64,000 nucleotides of DNA. Origin: a virus. Both the position numbers and the translations under genes were made by a program. The notes under the pieces were generated by a model, which saw nothing but the letters and a program-made list of their open reading frames with translations, had not been told where the DNA came from and ran no database searches. Location of the stretch: IMG/VR virus record IMGVR_UViG_3300020420_000721, positions 1 through 64,000 of that record, one strand, 5' to 3'. How positions within the stretch are numbered: position 1 is the first letter of the stretch; each line of letters starts with the position of its first letter. This document shows, piece after piece, positions 44,047-54,270 of this stretch.

Positions 44047-46467
44047 TTAGCTTAATTCGCCTGTATTTACGATACGTACCGGAATATAGATAAATTCTGC
44101 TGATTTAGTAGGTTCTACTGCTACATCAATATATAATTCATTTCTATCGATTCTTGCAGGAGTGTTGTTTGTTTCATCACAAACTACAGCATAATCATAT
44201 ACACCTCTTTGAGCTAAGATATTTGCTAAGAAGCCGTTAAATGTTGAAGCCGCATTAGCACGAGTTTGAGTGTCATTTTGCTCGAATAAGAATGGACGAC
44301 CAATAATTGCAAATCTTTCTCTTAGATATGCAGTTAGACGTGCCACGTTTACACGATCAAGAGCACTTGCCACTGGGCTTAATGTTTTCTGACCATATAC
44401 AATAACACCATCACCTGGTAAGTTAGCGATTGGGTTAAGTTCAGCTTCGTACATAACATCTCTGTGACCTTGTGTTAGTGAAACTGGAGTAAACTCACCT
44501 TCACTATTTAGGTAACCAACATTTGATGCATTCTGTACTATACCACGAGTCAAACCTGCTGGTGCAAACCATTGGAATGATACGTTATCACTGTATGCAT
44601 ATGTGTATAGTGCTGAGTGTGATGCCGGAGCAATAACACTTGCACCTGATACTGGATCAGTTGTTAGAACTGGTGGATAGTAAGCCGCCGCGTATGCGTT
44701 TTTGCTTACAAGACCATCTACACCGTTCTCTACGGCGCCATTTCCGTTAACCCATTGAATTGCTTCTGTTGGGTTTAGTTTAAATGGAGTATCAATAATA
44801 ATAAATGCAGTTTCATTTCTGTCTGCATTTAAAGTTGTCATTTCATCCATTAGCTCTGGATATCCAGGAGCCGCTAATAAACGGAATTGAATTGTTTCTT
44901 CACGTATTTGTTCGCCAGCAAATGATGCCTGCATACCCATTACAATGACTTTACGTTGAGCTTTTGAACCAAAGCTACCTGCGCCTGACATTGCATTTGA
45001 TGCCGCGTTTCTCCACTTCCAAGAAGTAGTTGCTGATGCGTCATAAACACGAACTGTATTTGCTGAACGACACATATTAATCGCTGACATACCAACTGGG
45101 TAGAATAATGGATCTGGACCATCAGCAATAATATCTGCTGAGCCAACGAATGAGTTCGCCGCTTTTGCATCTGCTGTAATGTCACCAAATACTACACCAT
45201 CTGGAGTTGATTGGTCTGTGTTGTTCTTCGCAACCCACGCACTACCATTGTATCTGTAAATTACTGGATATGCTGATTCGTTTGTATCAACCCAATAATC
45301 ACCGTCAGCCAATGCACCACCTGATGAATTAGTTAGTGGAGCCGCTGAACCGTAAAGTACGTGTTCTACTTTTTTCCATTCCTGATCTGAACCATTCATA
45401 GCCACTTCAAAAATGTCTAAGTTGTTCAATGCATCATCAAACCAATATGTTCCATTAGCTGGATTACCAACAGGCATTGCTGTTGCTACGTTCATGATAT
45501 AGCCACCAGTTGATGCTGAAGCATCTGTGCCTACCATATCCCACTCATTTTGTACTGAGTCCCATCTTTTGAAAACAATTTTACCATTTACTGCGTCAAC
45601 AACAAGAGCTAAATCGCCTTCTAGTAGTGTTCTACCAGAGTTTGCTGAACCATCATGTAAAACGTCTGATGCCGCACCAGTTGGATCAAAGTCCTGTGCG
45701 TATAAGATTTGTTGCTCAACAAATGAACCTGCTGAAGTAGTGTATAGACGTGCGTCTAAATCTAAACCACCGCCAGGTGTTGTTGTTTTTACCCACATAG
45801 AAGTTGCTGGAACTGCATAGTGAGGAGCAAAAGTGATGTCAGCTGTAATTGGATTCCAGCCTGCACCATCATGTTTGTAATATTCTATTTCTGTTTCTGT
45901 TGCACCGTTTACTATCGCTACTAGATAGTCTCCAGAAGTACCTGAAGAAGTTGGTGCTCCGCCTGAAGTAATTTCTACCACAGGAGTTTTTGCATTCCAG
46001 TCCTGACCGTCATATTCGAAAATTCCGAATTTTGAAGTAGATGGATTCATCCAATATGTATTGTTTGCCGCAGGACCTTTAGGTTCTGCTGATACTGGAC
46101 GAAGTGCTACTGAATCAACATCAGCTCTTACAATGTAAGCCGCTGAAGATTGGCCTAGGAATGAATATGCGGCAAGCAAACCGTAGTCATTAGTCTCATC
46201 GCCCTGTACAACCGCTCCGCCAACAGTACGAAAGTCAACTTCACCGAAGTATTGTGTTAGTTCACGTTGAGATGTTACAAGAACTGGTTTGCCGGCATTA
46301 GCTGATTTTGTGTATTTTGCAATACCGTCAGCCTCTGTGCCAGTAGGATCTACTTTGTCTTGGCCAGTTGCAATGAATAACATTGGCACTGTACCAGAAC
46401 CAGCTGGACCGTATACTGACTCATCTGTTACTGATACCTGGACACCAGGTGAAACTAGATTTGCCAT
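44047..46467 (-). CDS. Contractile tail sheath protein (gp18-like)
   Basis: LVSPGV, WFAPAG..RG, GQKT, DRVNVARL, FEQND, CDETNN. Confidence 0.95.
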   Translation of the reverse strand: MANLVSPGVQVSVTDESVYGPAGSGTVPMLFIATGQDKVDPTGTEADGIAKYTKSANAGKPVLVTSQRELTQYFGEVDFRTVGGAVVQGDETNDYGLLAAYSFLGQSSAAYIVRADVDSVALRPVSAEPKGPAANNTYWMNPSTSKFGIFEYDGQDWNAKTPVVEITSGGAPTSSGTSGDYLVAIVNGATETEIEYYKHDGAGWNPITADITFAPHYAVPATSMWVKTTTPGGGLDLDARLYTTSAGSFVEQQILYAQDFDPTGAASDVLHDGSANSGRTLLEGDLALVVDAVNGKIVFKRWDSVQNEWDMVGTDASASTGGYIMNVATAMPVGNPANGTYWFDDALNNLDIFEVAMNGSDQEWKKVEHVLYGSAAPLTNSSGGALADGDYWVDTNESAYPVIYRYNGSAWVAKNNTDQSTPDGVVFGDITADAKAANSFVGSADIIADGPDPLFYPVGMSAINMCRSANTVRVYDASATTSWKWRNAASNAMSGAGSFGSKAQRKVIVMGMQASFAGEQIREETIQFRLLAAPGYPELMDEMTTLNADRNETAFIIIDTPFKLNPTEAIQWVNGNGAVENGVDGLVSKNAYAAAYYPPVLTTDPVSGASVIAPASHSALYTYAYSDNVSFQWFAPAGLTRGIVQNASNVGYLNSEGEFTPVSLTQGHRDVMYEAELNPIANLPGDGVIVYGQKTLSPVASALDRVNVARLTAYLRERFAIIGRPFLFEQNDTQTRANAASTFNGFLANILAQRGVYDYAVVCDETNNTPARIDRNELYIDVAVEPTKSAEFIYIPVRIVNTGELS

Positions 46468-46565
46468 TTTGGAGTTCTCCTATTTTTCATATTTAATCCT
46501 ACATACTTATAGTATGTTTCGTATGTGTATTTATTTGAAATTAAGGAAAAAGTGCTATTATAGAA

Positions 46566-47195
46566 TTAACTTAATAGTTTAATTGTCTGTGTTTCTAGCG
46601 ATTCTAGGGTATCTGTGTTGCTAAGGGTAACATCAAAGTTCCAACCTGCCCAACGCCATTCTGACTGATGAACATCAGGAAATACCACTTTCATAGTATG
46701 ATTTGAATTAGGATCAACGTTATTTGTGTTTATATTTTCCGCAGTAGCCCACCATTCTGGTTTTTCATGCCTCCATACAACGGCAGTTGTACCACCTAAT
46801 TTTTTAATTGCTTTTAATTCATTAAAAAAACGGCAGTCACTAATTACTACATTTTTTTCAGATTGTAATACTTGTCTTTCACAAGCCGCAACCCATATAT
46901 CAGGATGAAAATGTGTTCTTAAAACATCAGTACCTATAAATTGTAGTACATATCTAGGAGTAAGATTTGGAATATCTAAACGATTAGCCCACCATTTATC
47001 AACTGTTTCACGCCATACTCTACTTTCTGGAGTATTACCTTCTAATAATATTCTATCCCAACCAAATAATGAAGATACTGTATCTTTTAAGACACCTGCA
47101 AAACTAATTCTGTCATAACCATGTTTAATTAAAGCACCGGCTACACTATCTTTACCATGTCCTATTAGTCCACATATCCCTACAATTTTTTTCAA
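46566..47195 (-). CDS. Deoxynucleoside monophosphate kinase (gp1-like)
   Basis: GLIGHGKD, SFA, PR..LQ..GT, SDCRF.NE, H.SE. Confidence 0.9.
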   Translation of the reverse strand: MKKIVGICGLIGHGKDSVAGALIKHGYDRISFAGVLKDTVSSLFGWDRILLEGNTPESRVWRETVDKWWANRLDIPNLTPRYVLQFIGTDVLRTHFHPDIWVAACERQVLQSEKNVVISDCRFFNELKAIKKLGGTTAVVWRHEKPEWWATAENINTNNVDPNSNHTMKVVFPDVHQSEWRWAGWNFDVTLSNTDTLESLETQTIKLLS

Positions 47196-47519
47196 TTAAG
47201 TTACCTTTATTACAATATTAAATAATATTACTGTTACAATTAGTCCTAGTGAAACACTATACCAAAAACCTATATGCGTAACAGTATAACTAAAGATAAC
47301 AAAAAATATTAAACTTGTCAAGACAAATTTTATAGTTTCCCACGCCCATTTAGCCATTTGGGCATCTGCAATTCCTTGATAATGCATAAAAACCATTGCA
47401 ATTAGGGCAGTTGTAGGAATACCCATAAGTATTGCCGCCAATGTTATATTTCTTTGACTTATTATACTAATCATAGCAATGATAACACCTGCAACCAGGC
47501 TTTTTATTACAAGTTCCAT
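47196..47519 (-). CDS. Four-TM small membrane protein
   Basis: Four hydrophobic helices in 107 aa. Confidence 0.7.
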   Translation of the reverse strand: MELVIKSLVAGVIIAMISIISQRNITLAAILMGIPTTALIAMVFMHYQGIADAQMAKWAWETIKFVLTSLIFFVIFSYTVTHIGFWYSVSLGLIVTVILFNIVIKVT

Positions 47520-47527
47520 AATGTAGA

Positions 47528-48265
47528 TTAACCTATTACGAATCCAAGACCAGTTGAACCATCATTAAACAATGTTAGTTCTTGTTCTAGCTTGTCTATT
47601 TCTGTTTGAGCATCCTGACGAAGTTGATCTGCGTTCATTGTAGTACCACCTTGTGGGCCTGCTATCTGTGCAAACTTACCACGAGCTTCAGCTAACATTA
47701 AACGACATTGAGCAAAGGCATAATCTTTTAGCCAAGGACCTGAATATGTGTCTGTTAGTAAACTTTCATCTGGACGATAATTATAACAATGTAGGTATAC
47801 ATTGTCTGCTGATTTAATTTTTCTTTGTAATATTAATTTGCTTTCCTGTGGACGCCAAGTAAACATAATTTCTGCACCAAATAATCTTCCCATTGTTTCT
47901 CTATTTTGCATTAAGAAATCAAAACTTGATAATCCACCACGTCTATGTGATCCTAGGAGATAAGTGTTCATATAAGCCGCCTGAAAAGGTTCTATATCAT
48001 TTCCTGAATTACTACTTACACCAGTTGTTCTTCTGTAAATATCTTTTACTTCCATTACCTCTTTTGGTAATGTATATTCATTTACATCTTCAACTAATGT
48101 TAATCCTAGAAAACTTTCTTCTACGGCATTTTCAGCACGTTGACGATATTTCTGTAATGATTTATTAACTGCTAGTTCATAATGTTCTGGATCTAGCTCA
48201 ACGTCAACCATGCCTCCACCGAGACGTAGTTCCATTTCTTTGATTAAGTTATCATATGCGGCCAT
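47528..48265 (-). CDS. Neck protein (gp13-like)
   Basis: LRLGGGMVDVEL, WLKDY..A, KF..GPQGG; TAAATA and GGAG upstream. Confidence 0.8.
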   Translation of the reverse strand: MAAYDNLIKEMELRLGGGMVDVELDPEHYELAVNKSLQKYRQRAENAVEESFLGLTLVEDVNEYTLPKEVMEVKDIYRRTTGVSSNSGNDIEPFQAAYMNTYLLGSHRRGGLSSFDFLMQNRETMGRLFGAEIMFTWRPQESKLILQRKIKSADNVYLHCYNYRPDESLLTDTYSGPWLKDYAFAQCRLMLAEARGKFAQIAGPQGGTTMNADQLRQDAQTEIDKLEQELTLFNDGSTGLGFVIG

Positions 48266-48288
48266 AATATTCTCCTATACTGTATTTA

Positions 48289-49566
48289 TTAAAATACCGC
48301 CAAGAGAATCGTATCTGCATTTATACGCCCATTCATTTTAGTATCTGTTGTTTTTAACCCATCAAATAGTTTAAGTGTTTTAGGTTTTGTAGCTTTTCTA
48401 AGCTCTGGTAGTAGTTCATCGGGCTTACGGATAGTCTTCTGTAAGCTCTTTTGCTCATCATACCCTGTTATAGTAGTACCTTTAACATTAAGCCCTGTAC
48501 CAGCTCTTTGAAGCTTCTGAGGGTCTATTACTTTAGCATGATATATACCGAACTTTCTGGTTTTAGTATTGAATACTGCTAGTACTTCACATTTTGGAAT
48601 CTTTACAGCCGGAACACTTGCTAGTCCATACTTCTCATCTGATTGTTTGTACTTTAGCTTTTTAACTACTTGTTCAGCTGACTTTTCTTTAACTTTTCTT
48701 GGTTTACGATTAGCCTTACTTTCTGCTTCTAAAATATCACAAGCATCTAAAATCTTTTTGTATAATTCTAAGGATAATTTTTGACTTTTCTTATCCATGA
48801 ATTCATATGCTTCTTTTAACTGTGACCATTGATCCTGTTCCCATTCACTTAACTCTTTGAGTCTGGAAGATGTTGGATAATTAATCAGGTTAAAATATTC
48901 TTCATATGCAGGTTGATAGTAATTACGAATAATCTGAGCGTGTTTTCCTTTACAACCTAATCGTCTCAACATCACAACAGGACGAAAATCTTTAACAGTT
49001 TTTTCGTTATAATTCTTTTCCCATTTAAAAATTTCTTCTTCTAAAGGATCAGTCATAGCCATAGCTGACTTATACATTACCTGCTGAATAGAAGGTTTTG
49101 CTAATTCAATCTTTTGTTCTTTTTCTTGCTTTTCCTTTTTTTCCTGTAAAATCACTTTACCTCTTTTTATGTTATCTTCAGTTTGTTTTTTCATATAATC
49201 TGTAACAGGTTTAACATTTCCCATTGTACCCGCTAACGTCTGCCAGTAGTCATCTTCCTTTTGGTTGAAGTCTGGCATACCCGTTTGTAGTTGACGGGCA
49301 TATACGCCCATATACGGGCTACTCTTGATGCATTTTACAGCACTTATGTCTTCTTTACTGTACTTTTCTGCTTTTAACCATTCATGGTAGTAGGTTTCGA
49401 GCTTTTCCCTTGGAACTTCAGTATAATAACTTTGTGTTGACCATTGTCTTTTACGATGGTATTGTTCACCAGTCCATTCTTGCCATCCGTCCCAATTAAC
49501 TTCTTCAAAACCAAGTTTCCGATGTACGGTACGAGGCTTCTTTCTTCTCACCTGTTTTAAAGGCAT
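48289..49566 (-). CDS. Basic hypothetical protein
   Basis: 425 aa; VKGTTI..RKP..NGRIN C-terminal domain; TTGACA at 49630-49635. Confidence 0.7.
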   Translation of the reverse strand: MPLKQVRRKKPRTVHRKLGFEEVNWDGWQEWTGEQYHRKRQWSTQSYYTEVPREKLETYYHEWLKAEKYSKEDISAVKCIKSSPYMGVYARQLQTGMPDFNQKEDDYWQTLAGTMGNVKPVTDYMKKQTEDNIKRGKVILQEKKEKQEKEQKIELAKPSIQQVMYKSAMAMTDPLEEEIFKWEKNYNEKTVKDFRPVVMLRRLGCKGKHAQIIRNYYQPAYEEYFNLINYPTSSRLKELSEWEQDQWSQLKEAYEFMDKKSQKLSLELYKKILDACDILEAESKANRKPRKVKEKSAEQVVKKLKYKQSDEKYGLASVPAVKIPKCEVLAVFNTKTRKFGIYHAKVIDPQKLQRAGTGLNVKGTTITGYDEQKSLQKTIRKPDELLPELRKATKPKTLKLFDGLKTTDTKMNGRINADTILLAVF

Positions 49567-49654
49567 CGATACTACTCCTAATATAAATTACAATCAGTAT
49601 ATATCATACTACGGCATGACATACTGTCTTGTCAACCTTTTTTAGAGTTTTCGG

Positions 49655-50830
49655 TTAATTATGTGTCCAAGAGTATAGTTGAGGATTCACTTCTTTGAGT
49701 GTAAACTTTGTTCTAGGATCGAAAACTTCTGTAAATTTTCTAAATGCTAACAAGTGTTTTTCTTCCATCTTAACTTGTTTTGCATTTAGTTGTCGACAAA
49801 TAAAATCTTTTGTTTTAACATTATATATCGATTCTACAATTTTCTTACACTCTTCTATTTGTTTTTCTGTTAATACTTGTCTAGCATTAACTATTGCAGG
49901 GTTATATGTCCATGAATCAAATACCCTACCCATATAGCCTGACTTTTTAGCCCAGTCATCAAACTCATTTACTTTATTAATACTCCAAATAGTATGAGTT
50001 GCCTGGATTCTTGTTTTAATATTTGTATGTTGCTCTGATAATTCCATCCATTTGTTGGTATTTTTTTCAAATAAATTCCAATTCAATCCATTTCTAATAT
50101 ATTCTGCTAAATTTCCAACAGCTTCAGTACTACATCTTAAATCAACTTTGCCAAATTTACAAAGAATATCTAAAATTTTCTGTTTTGGAAATATAGTAGC
50201 ATTAGTATTAATCTGTATTTGTAAATTGGATAATTTTGTTTTTTCTGCTAACATATCAATAAACGTTTCAAAATTTCTAGTCATAAAAGGTTCGCCTCCG
50301 AACACTCCTACGTGTGCTAACCATCTTAAATCTGCGTTTCTTAATTCTTCAATTAATTTTAATTCAAATTTAAATGTATCTTCTTTTCTTAATGTGATTT
50401 CTTTGTTTTCTAAAAAATCTAAATCAATATTATTTTCTTCTGCCCATTCTATTTCGTCATTCCATGAAGTACTTTGAGCAGGACCACAATATTTACATTT
50501 TAGATTACAAAAACTACTAAATCCTGCTTGAATTTGAACTAGTTTGCCTGGTGGATACTTTACTCCTGTTCTTCCAAAACCTTGTTGCCTTAAAGAAGTA
50601 ACATTAGACTCTTCAGCTATTCGACATCTACTACAAGAAGTATCTTTTAAATTTTCATATGAATATGTTGGATCGTTTACTGCTTTGTCTAGCATTTCTT
50701 CTAGATCTTTATGCCTATAAGTCATCCTACAACAAGATGTAACGTACCCAGATTCCTGTGCTGAAGGTCTAAAATGGACTCCGTTTGTAAGCCAGGCACA
50801 TCCTTTATCAGTTGATAACATATTTTTCAT
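49655..50830 (-). CDS. Radical SAM protein with N-terminal Twitch-like Cys domain
   Basis: C..CC..C..C..E..SLR then CNLKCKYC, GGEP, NTN. Confidence 0.88.
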   Translation of the reverse strand: MKNMLSTDKGCAWLTNGVHFRPSAQESGYVTSCCRMTYRHKDLEEMLDKAVNDPTYSYENLKDTSCSRCRIAEESNVTSLRQQGFGRTGVKYPPGKLVQIQAGFSSFCNLKCKYCGPAQSTSWNDEIEWAEENNIDLDFLENKEITLRKEDTFKFELKLIEELRNADLRWLAHVGVFGGEPFMTRNFETFIDMLAEKTKLSNLQIQINTNATIFPKQKILDILCKFGKVDLRCSTEAVGNLAEYIRNGLNWNLFEKNTNKWMELSEQHTNIKTRIQATHTIWSINKVNEFDDWAKKSGYMGRVFDSWTYNPAIVNARQVLTEKQIEECKKIVESIYNVKTKDFICRQLNAKQVKMEEKHLLAFRKFTEVFDPRTKFTLKEVNPQLYSWTHN

Positions 50831-50831
50831 G

Positions 50832-51308
50832 CTAATATTTATAAGAATATATGAACCAAATAATACCTATCAAAAGAGCAGATAACATAAGAAGTAGAGC
50901 TACTATAAAAACACCTTCCAATATACTTCTCTTTAACTCCTGTATTCTATAAACTTCTTTATCACGTTTCTTTTTAATCTCGCGACGTAAATCTATCATT
51001 TCTTTCCAAGTACCATACCCAAATCTATAGTTTAAAAGAGCCGCTAATTCTTTTTCTTGTTCCTGTAGCTTTTTTTCATGAATAATAAGTTGTAAAGCCT
51101 CAGCTTCTACACTTCCTGATGCTAAAAAACGTTTATATAATGGAGGATTATTATTGTATGATTGTGCTTTTCTTATATCTGAAGCCGCTGAATACCATTT
51201 GGAGAGTTGTCCGACACACCTTTCTAGATCCTGGCCGTGTGAAACCAGCGATTGGATGCTTTTGTAAGCCGCGGTAGCCGCCGCGATTGCACTTATCGGG
51301 TCCAACAT
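50832..51308 (-). CDS. Hypothetical protein with C-terminal TM
   Basis: Start reassigned to MLDPIS (TAAATA-N5-ATG). Confidence 0.7.
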   Translation of the reverse strand: MLDPISAIAAATAAYKSIQSLVSHGQDLERCVGQLSKWYSAASDIRKAQSYNNNPPLYKRFLASGSVEAEALQLIIHEKKLQEQEKELAALLNYRFGYGTWKEMIDLRREIKKKRDKEVYRIQELKRSILEGVFIVALLLMLSALLIGIIWFIYSYKY

Positions 51309-51313
51309 ACAAG

Positions 51314-51360
51314 TATTTAAGTAATCCACTCACTTATAAACAAACCAGTTAATATAAATA
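51314..51360. promoter_or_regulatory. Divergent pair of late promoters
   Basis: TAAATA on minus at 51314-51319; TATAAATA on plus at 51353-51360. Confidence 0.7.
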
Positions 51361-51382
51361 CACTATATAAAAGGAAGGATTC

Positions 51383-52447
51383 ATGCCAAGATTAAGTTTA
51401 TATAAACCATACAAAGGTAATGACTATAAGTTTCTTGATCGAAATATCAAAGAACAATTTGATATAGGTGGAACCGCTGTTCACGTTCACAAATATGCAG
51501 GACCTAAAGTTCAATCAGACAAGGGAGATCCTAGTGAACCAAATTATAGTGGTGGCACAGAAACAGATCCATTAGGTAACGAAAGTAATCCAAGTGGAAC
51601 AATCAATGAAACTAAGATTCAAGACTTATTATTTATGGAAAACCGAGATCGTAAATACGAACCAGATATTTACGAGTTAAGAGGTATATATAATGTAAGT
51701 GATAATGACTTTGACTTATCTCAATTTGGTCTTTTCTTAACAAATGATACTTTATTCATTACGTTCCATATCAACGATATGATAGATAAATTGGGACGTA
51801 AACTTATGCCAGGTGATGTTTTAGAATTACCCCATTTACGTGACGAATTACTATTAAGCCAAGACAGGAATGCTGTAAATAAATTTTATGTAGTACAGGA
51901 CGCCGCACGTGGAGCAGAAGGTTTTTCACAAACTTGGTTCCCTCATATTTGGAGAGTTAAGGTAGCACCACTAACAGATACACAAGAATACGCAGATATA
52001 CTTGGTACTGCTGATGATCCTAATTCATTAAAACAGGATCTATCATCATACAAAACTGAAATTAATATTTCAGATGCTATTGTTAAGAGTGCTGAAACAA
52101 ATGATCCAAAAGGTGAACCATTAAGAGATCACCTATTTAACGAACCAGAAAAAGTTGAAGAATATCAACATGGCGAAGCTATTCCGTCAGGAGATCAGTT
52201 TCCAGTACAACCAAATGAAGGTGACTACTTTATAAGAAATGATTTTGTTCCTAACAGAATGTTTGTTAGAAGAGGATCAAGATGGCATAGACTATATGAT
52301 AATATAGTTGAACAAACCTGGACTGATAAAACTTATAATGCTTCTGGATTTATTAATAATGAAAATACAGTTGTTGTTGATGATGTTGAAAAACCAGAAC
52401 GTCAAGCATTAAGTAAAGTAATTAAACCTAAGAGTGATTTTGAATAA
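51383..52447 (+). CDS. Neck protein (gp14-like)
   Basis: LF.ENRDRKY, LSQFGL, PGDVLELP; precedes gp15-like gene. Confidence 0.7.
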   Translation: MPRLSLYKPYKGNDYKFLDRNIKEQFDIGGTAVHVHKYAGPKVQSDKGDPSEPNYSGGTETDPLGNESNPSGTINETKIQDLLFMENRDRKYEPDIYELRGIYNVSDNDFDLSQFGLFLTNDTLFITFHINDMIDKLGRKLMPGDVLELPHLRDELLLSQDRNAVNKFYVVQDAARGAEGFSQTWFPHIWRVKVAPLTDTQEYADILGTADDPNSLKQDLSSYKTEINISDAIVKSAETNDPKGEPLRDHLFNEPEKVEEYQHGEAIPSGDQFPVQPNEGDYFIRNDFVPNRMFVRRGSRWHRLYDNIVEQTWTDKTYNASGFINNENTVVVDDVEKPERQALSKVIKPKSDFE

Positions 52448-53802
52448 TGGCTGAGATGCAATATTTTTATGATAAACAGGTACGTAGGTACATTCAACAA
52501 TTTATAAGATTGTTTAGTGGCTTTAGTGTACAAATGGGTGAAAGTGATGAAAAATTACCTGTCATGCAAAAAGTTCCTGTGCGTTATGGTGATATTAATA
52601 GAATGGCGGCACATATAACTCGTGAAAATTCTGAGAATATTGTAAATACTGTTCCATTTATTTCATGTTATATTAATACACTTAATCTAGCACCTGAACG
52701 TAGAACTTATCAACAAAGTGTTGATAGTGTACAAGTTTTTGAAAAGGCAACAGATGAGTCTACTGGAGAATATACAGATAATATAGGATCAACATATACT
52801 GTACAAAGACATAATCCAGTTCCTTATATGATGGAAATGAATGTAGATGTATGGACTTCTAATACAGATCAAAAACTTCAATTACTTGAACAGATATTAG
52901 TATTATTCAATCCAACATTAAATATTAGAACTAGTGATAATCCATTTGACTGGACTAGTTTAAGTTATGTTGAAATGACTAATATACTTTGGAGTAGTAG
53001 AAGTATTGGTTCAACAATCGATGATATTATTGATGTTGCAACAATGACTTTTCAGGTTCCAGTATTAATTACGCCACCAGCAAAACTTAAAAAACAAACT
53101 CTTATTCATACTATTATTGATAAGTTACATAATACAGATGATCCGAACTTAGATTTATTTAGAGAGAACGAACCATTTGAAGCTCAAACAAATTATGTTG
53201 TTATAGCATTTAAAGATAGAAGATTAGAATATATAAATGGTGTTGCTAGAATATTAAACAATGCAGGTAAACCATTAAATGATGATGGTACTTCTTTAAC
53301 CTGGGAACAAGTATTAAAACCTTATGGTCAATTACGTCCTGGAATTAGTCAAGTACGTTTAAGAAAAAGTAACGATATAGAAGATGCTTCAAATGATATT
53401 GTTGGTAAATTATCTTTTTCAACAAATGATAATGAACTAGCTGTTGATATTGATACTGATACATTACCAACAAATACTCTAAATCCTGTAGATGGAGTTT
53501 TAGATCCTACAAAAAATATTCCTGGTCAAGGAAATGTCCCTAGTCCTACTATGGGAAATCGTTATATTATTACTAAAGACTTAACTGACATTGCTATTTG
53601 GGGAGGATTAAAAGCCAAAGCAAATGATATTATAGAATATAATGGCAGTGATTGGGTAGTTAGTTTTGTAAGTAGTCAAGTATCATTACAACAATATGTT
53701 AAGAATATTAAGACTGATGATCAATTAGAATGGAATGGTTCTGATTGGTTTAATAGTTTTGAAGGTTTGTATAAACCTGGTTTTTGGCGTATATATCTAT
53801 AA
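52447..53802 (+). CDS. Tail terminator/sheath stabiliser (gp15-like) with C-terminal extension
   Basis: YFYD..RRY..F..LF, VPVRYG, PVPY, QLLEQIL..FNP. Confidence 0.85.
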   Translation: MAEMQYFYDKQVRRYIQQFIRLFSGFSVQMGESDEKLPVMQKVPVRYGDINRMAAHITRENSENIVNTVPFISCYINTLNLAPERRTYQQSVDSVQVFEKATDESTGEYTDNIGSTYTVQRHNPVPYMMEMNVDVWTSNTDQKLQLLEQILVLFNPTLNIRTSDNPFDWTSLSYVEMTNILWSSRSIGSTIDDIIDVATMTFQVPVLITPPAKLKKQTLIHTIIDKLHNTDDPNLDLFRENEPFEAQTNYVVIAFKDRRLEYINGVARILNNAGKPLNDDGTSLTWEQVLKPYGQLRPGISQVRLRKSNDIEDASNDIVGKLSFSTNDNELAVDIDTDTLPTNTLNPVDGVLDPTKNIPGQGNVPSPTMGNRYIITKDLTDIAIWGGLKAKANDIIEYNGSDWVVSFVSSQVSLQQYVKNIKTDDQLEWNGSDWFNSFEGLYKPGFWRIYL

Positions 53803-53820
53803 TAATTAAGAACAATAACA

Positions 53821-54270
53821 ATGGATAAAAGAGTTATAAAAGCCAGTGGCTGTCTTGTACTAGCAACCGATACTGGAAGAATATTAATGCAACAACGGGG
53901 TGTAGAAGCAAATCATCCTCGTACCTGGTGTTTCTTTGGTGGTAAAAGTTATAAAGGTGAAAGACCAATCCAAACATTAAAAAGAGAATTAGAAGAAGAA
54001 ATAGGAATGATTCCAGATATGGAAAAAATTATTCCTGTTCATCAGTATACTAGTGGTGATAAAAAGTTTGTCTATAATACTTTTGTTGTATTGGTACAAG
54101 AAGAATTCTTGCCTGTTCTTAATAATGAGAGTGATGGATATGCCTGGATAAAAGTAAATAACTGGCCTCGCCCTCTTCATCCAGGAGTTAAAAACCAGTT
54201 ATTCAATAAAGAGTTTATAAAAAAGGTACAAACTGTTATAGAAAGTAATGTTAGTGGTATACTAAATTAA
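53821..54270 (+). CDS. Nudix hydrolase
   Basis: G-x5-E-x7-RELEEEIG Nudix box. Confidence 0.9.
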   Translation: MDKRVIKASGCLVLATDTGRILMQQRGVEANHPRTWCFFGGKSYKGERPIQTLKRELEEEIGMIPDMEKIIPVHQYTSGDKKFVYNTFVVLVQEEFLPVLNNESDGYAWIKVNNWPRPLHPGVKNQLFNKEFIKKVQTVIESNVSGILN

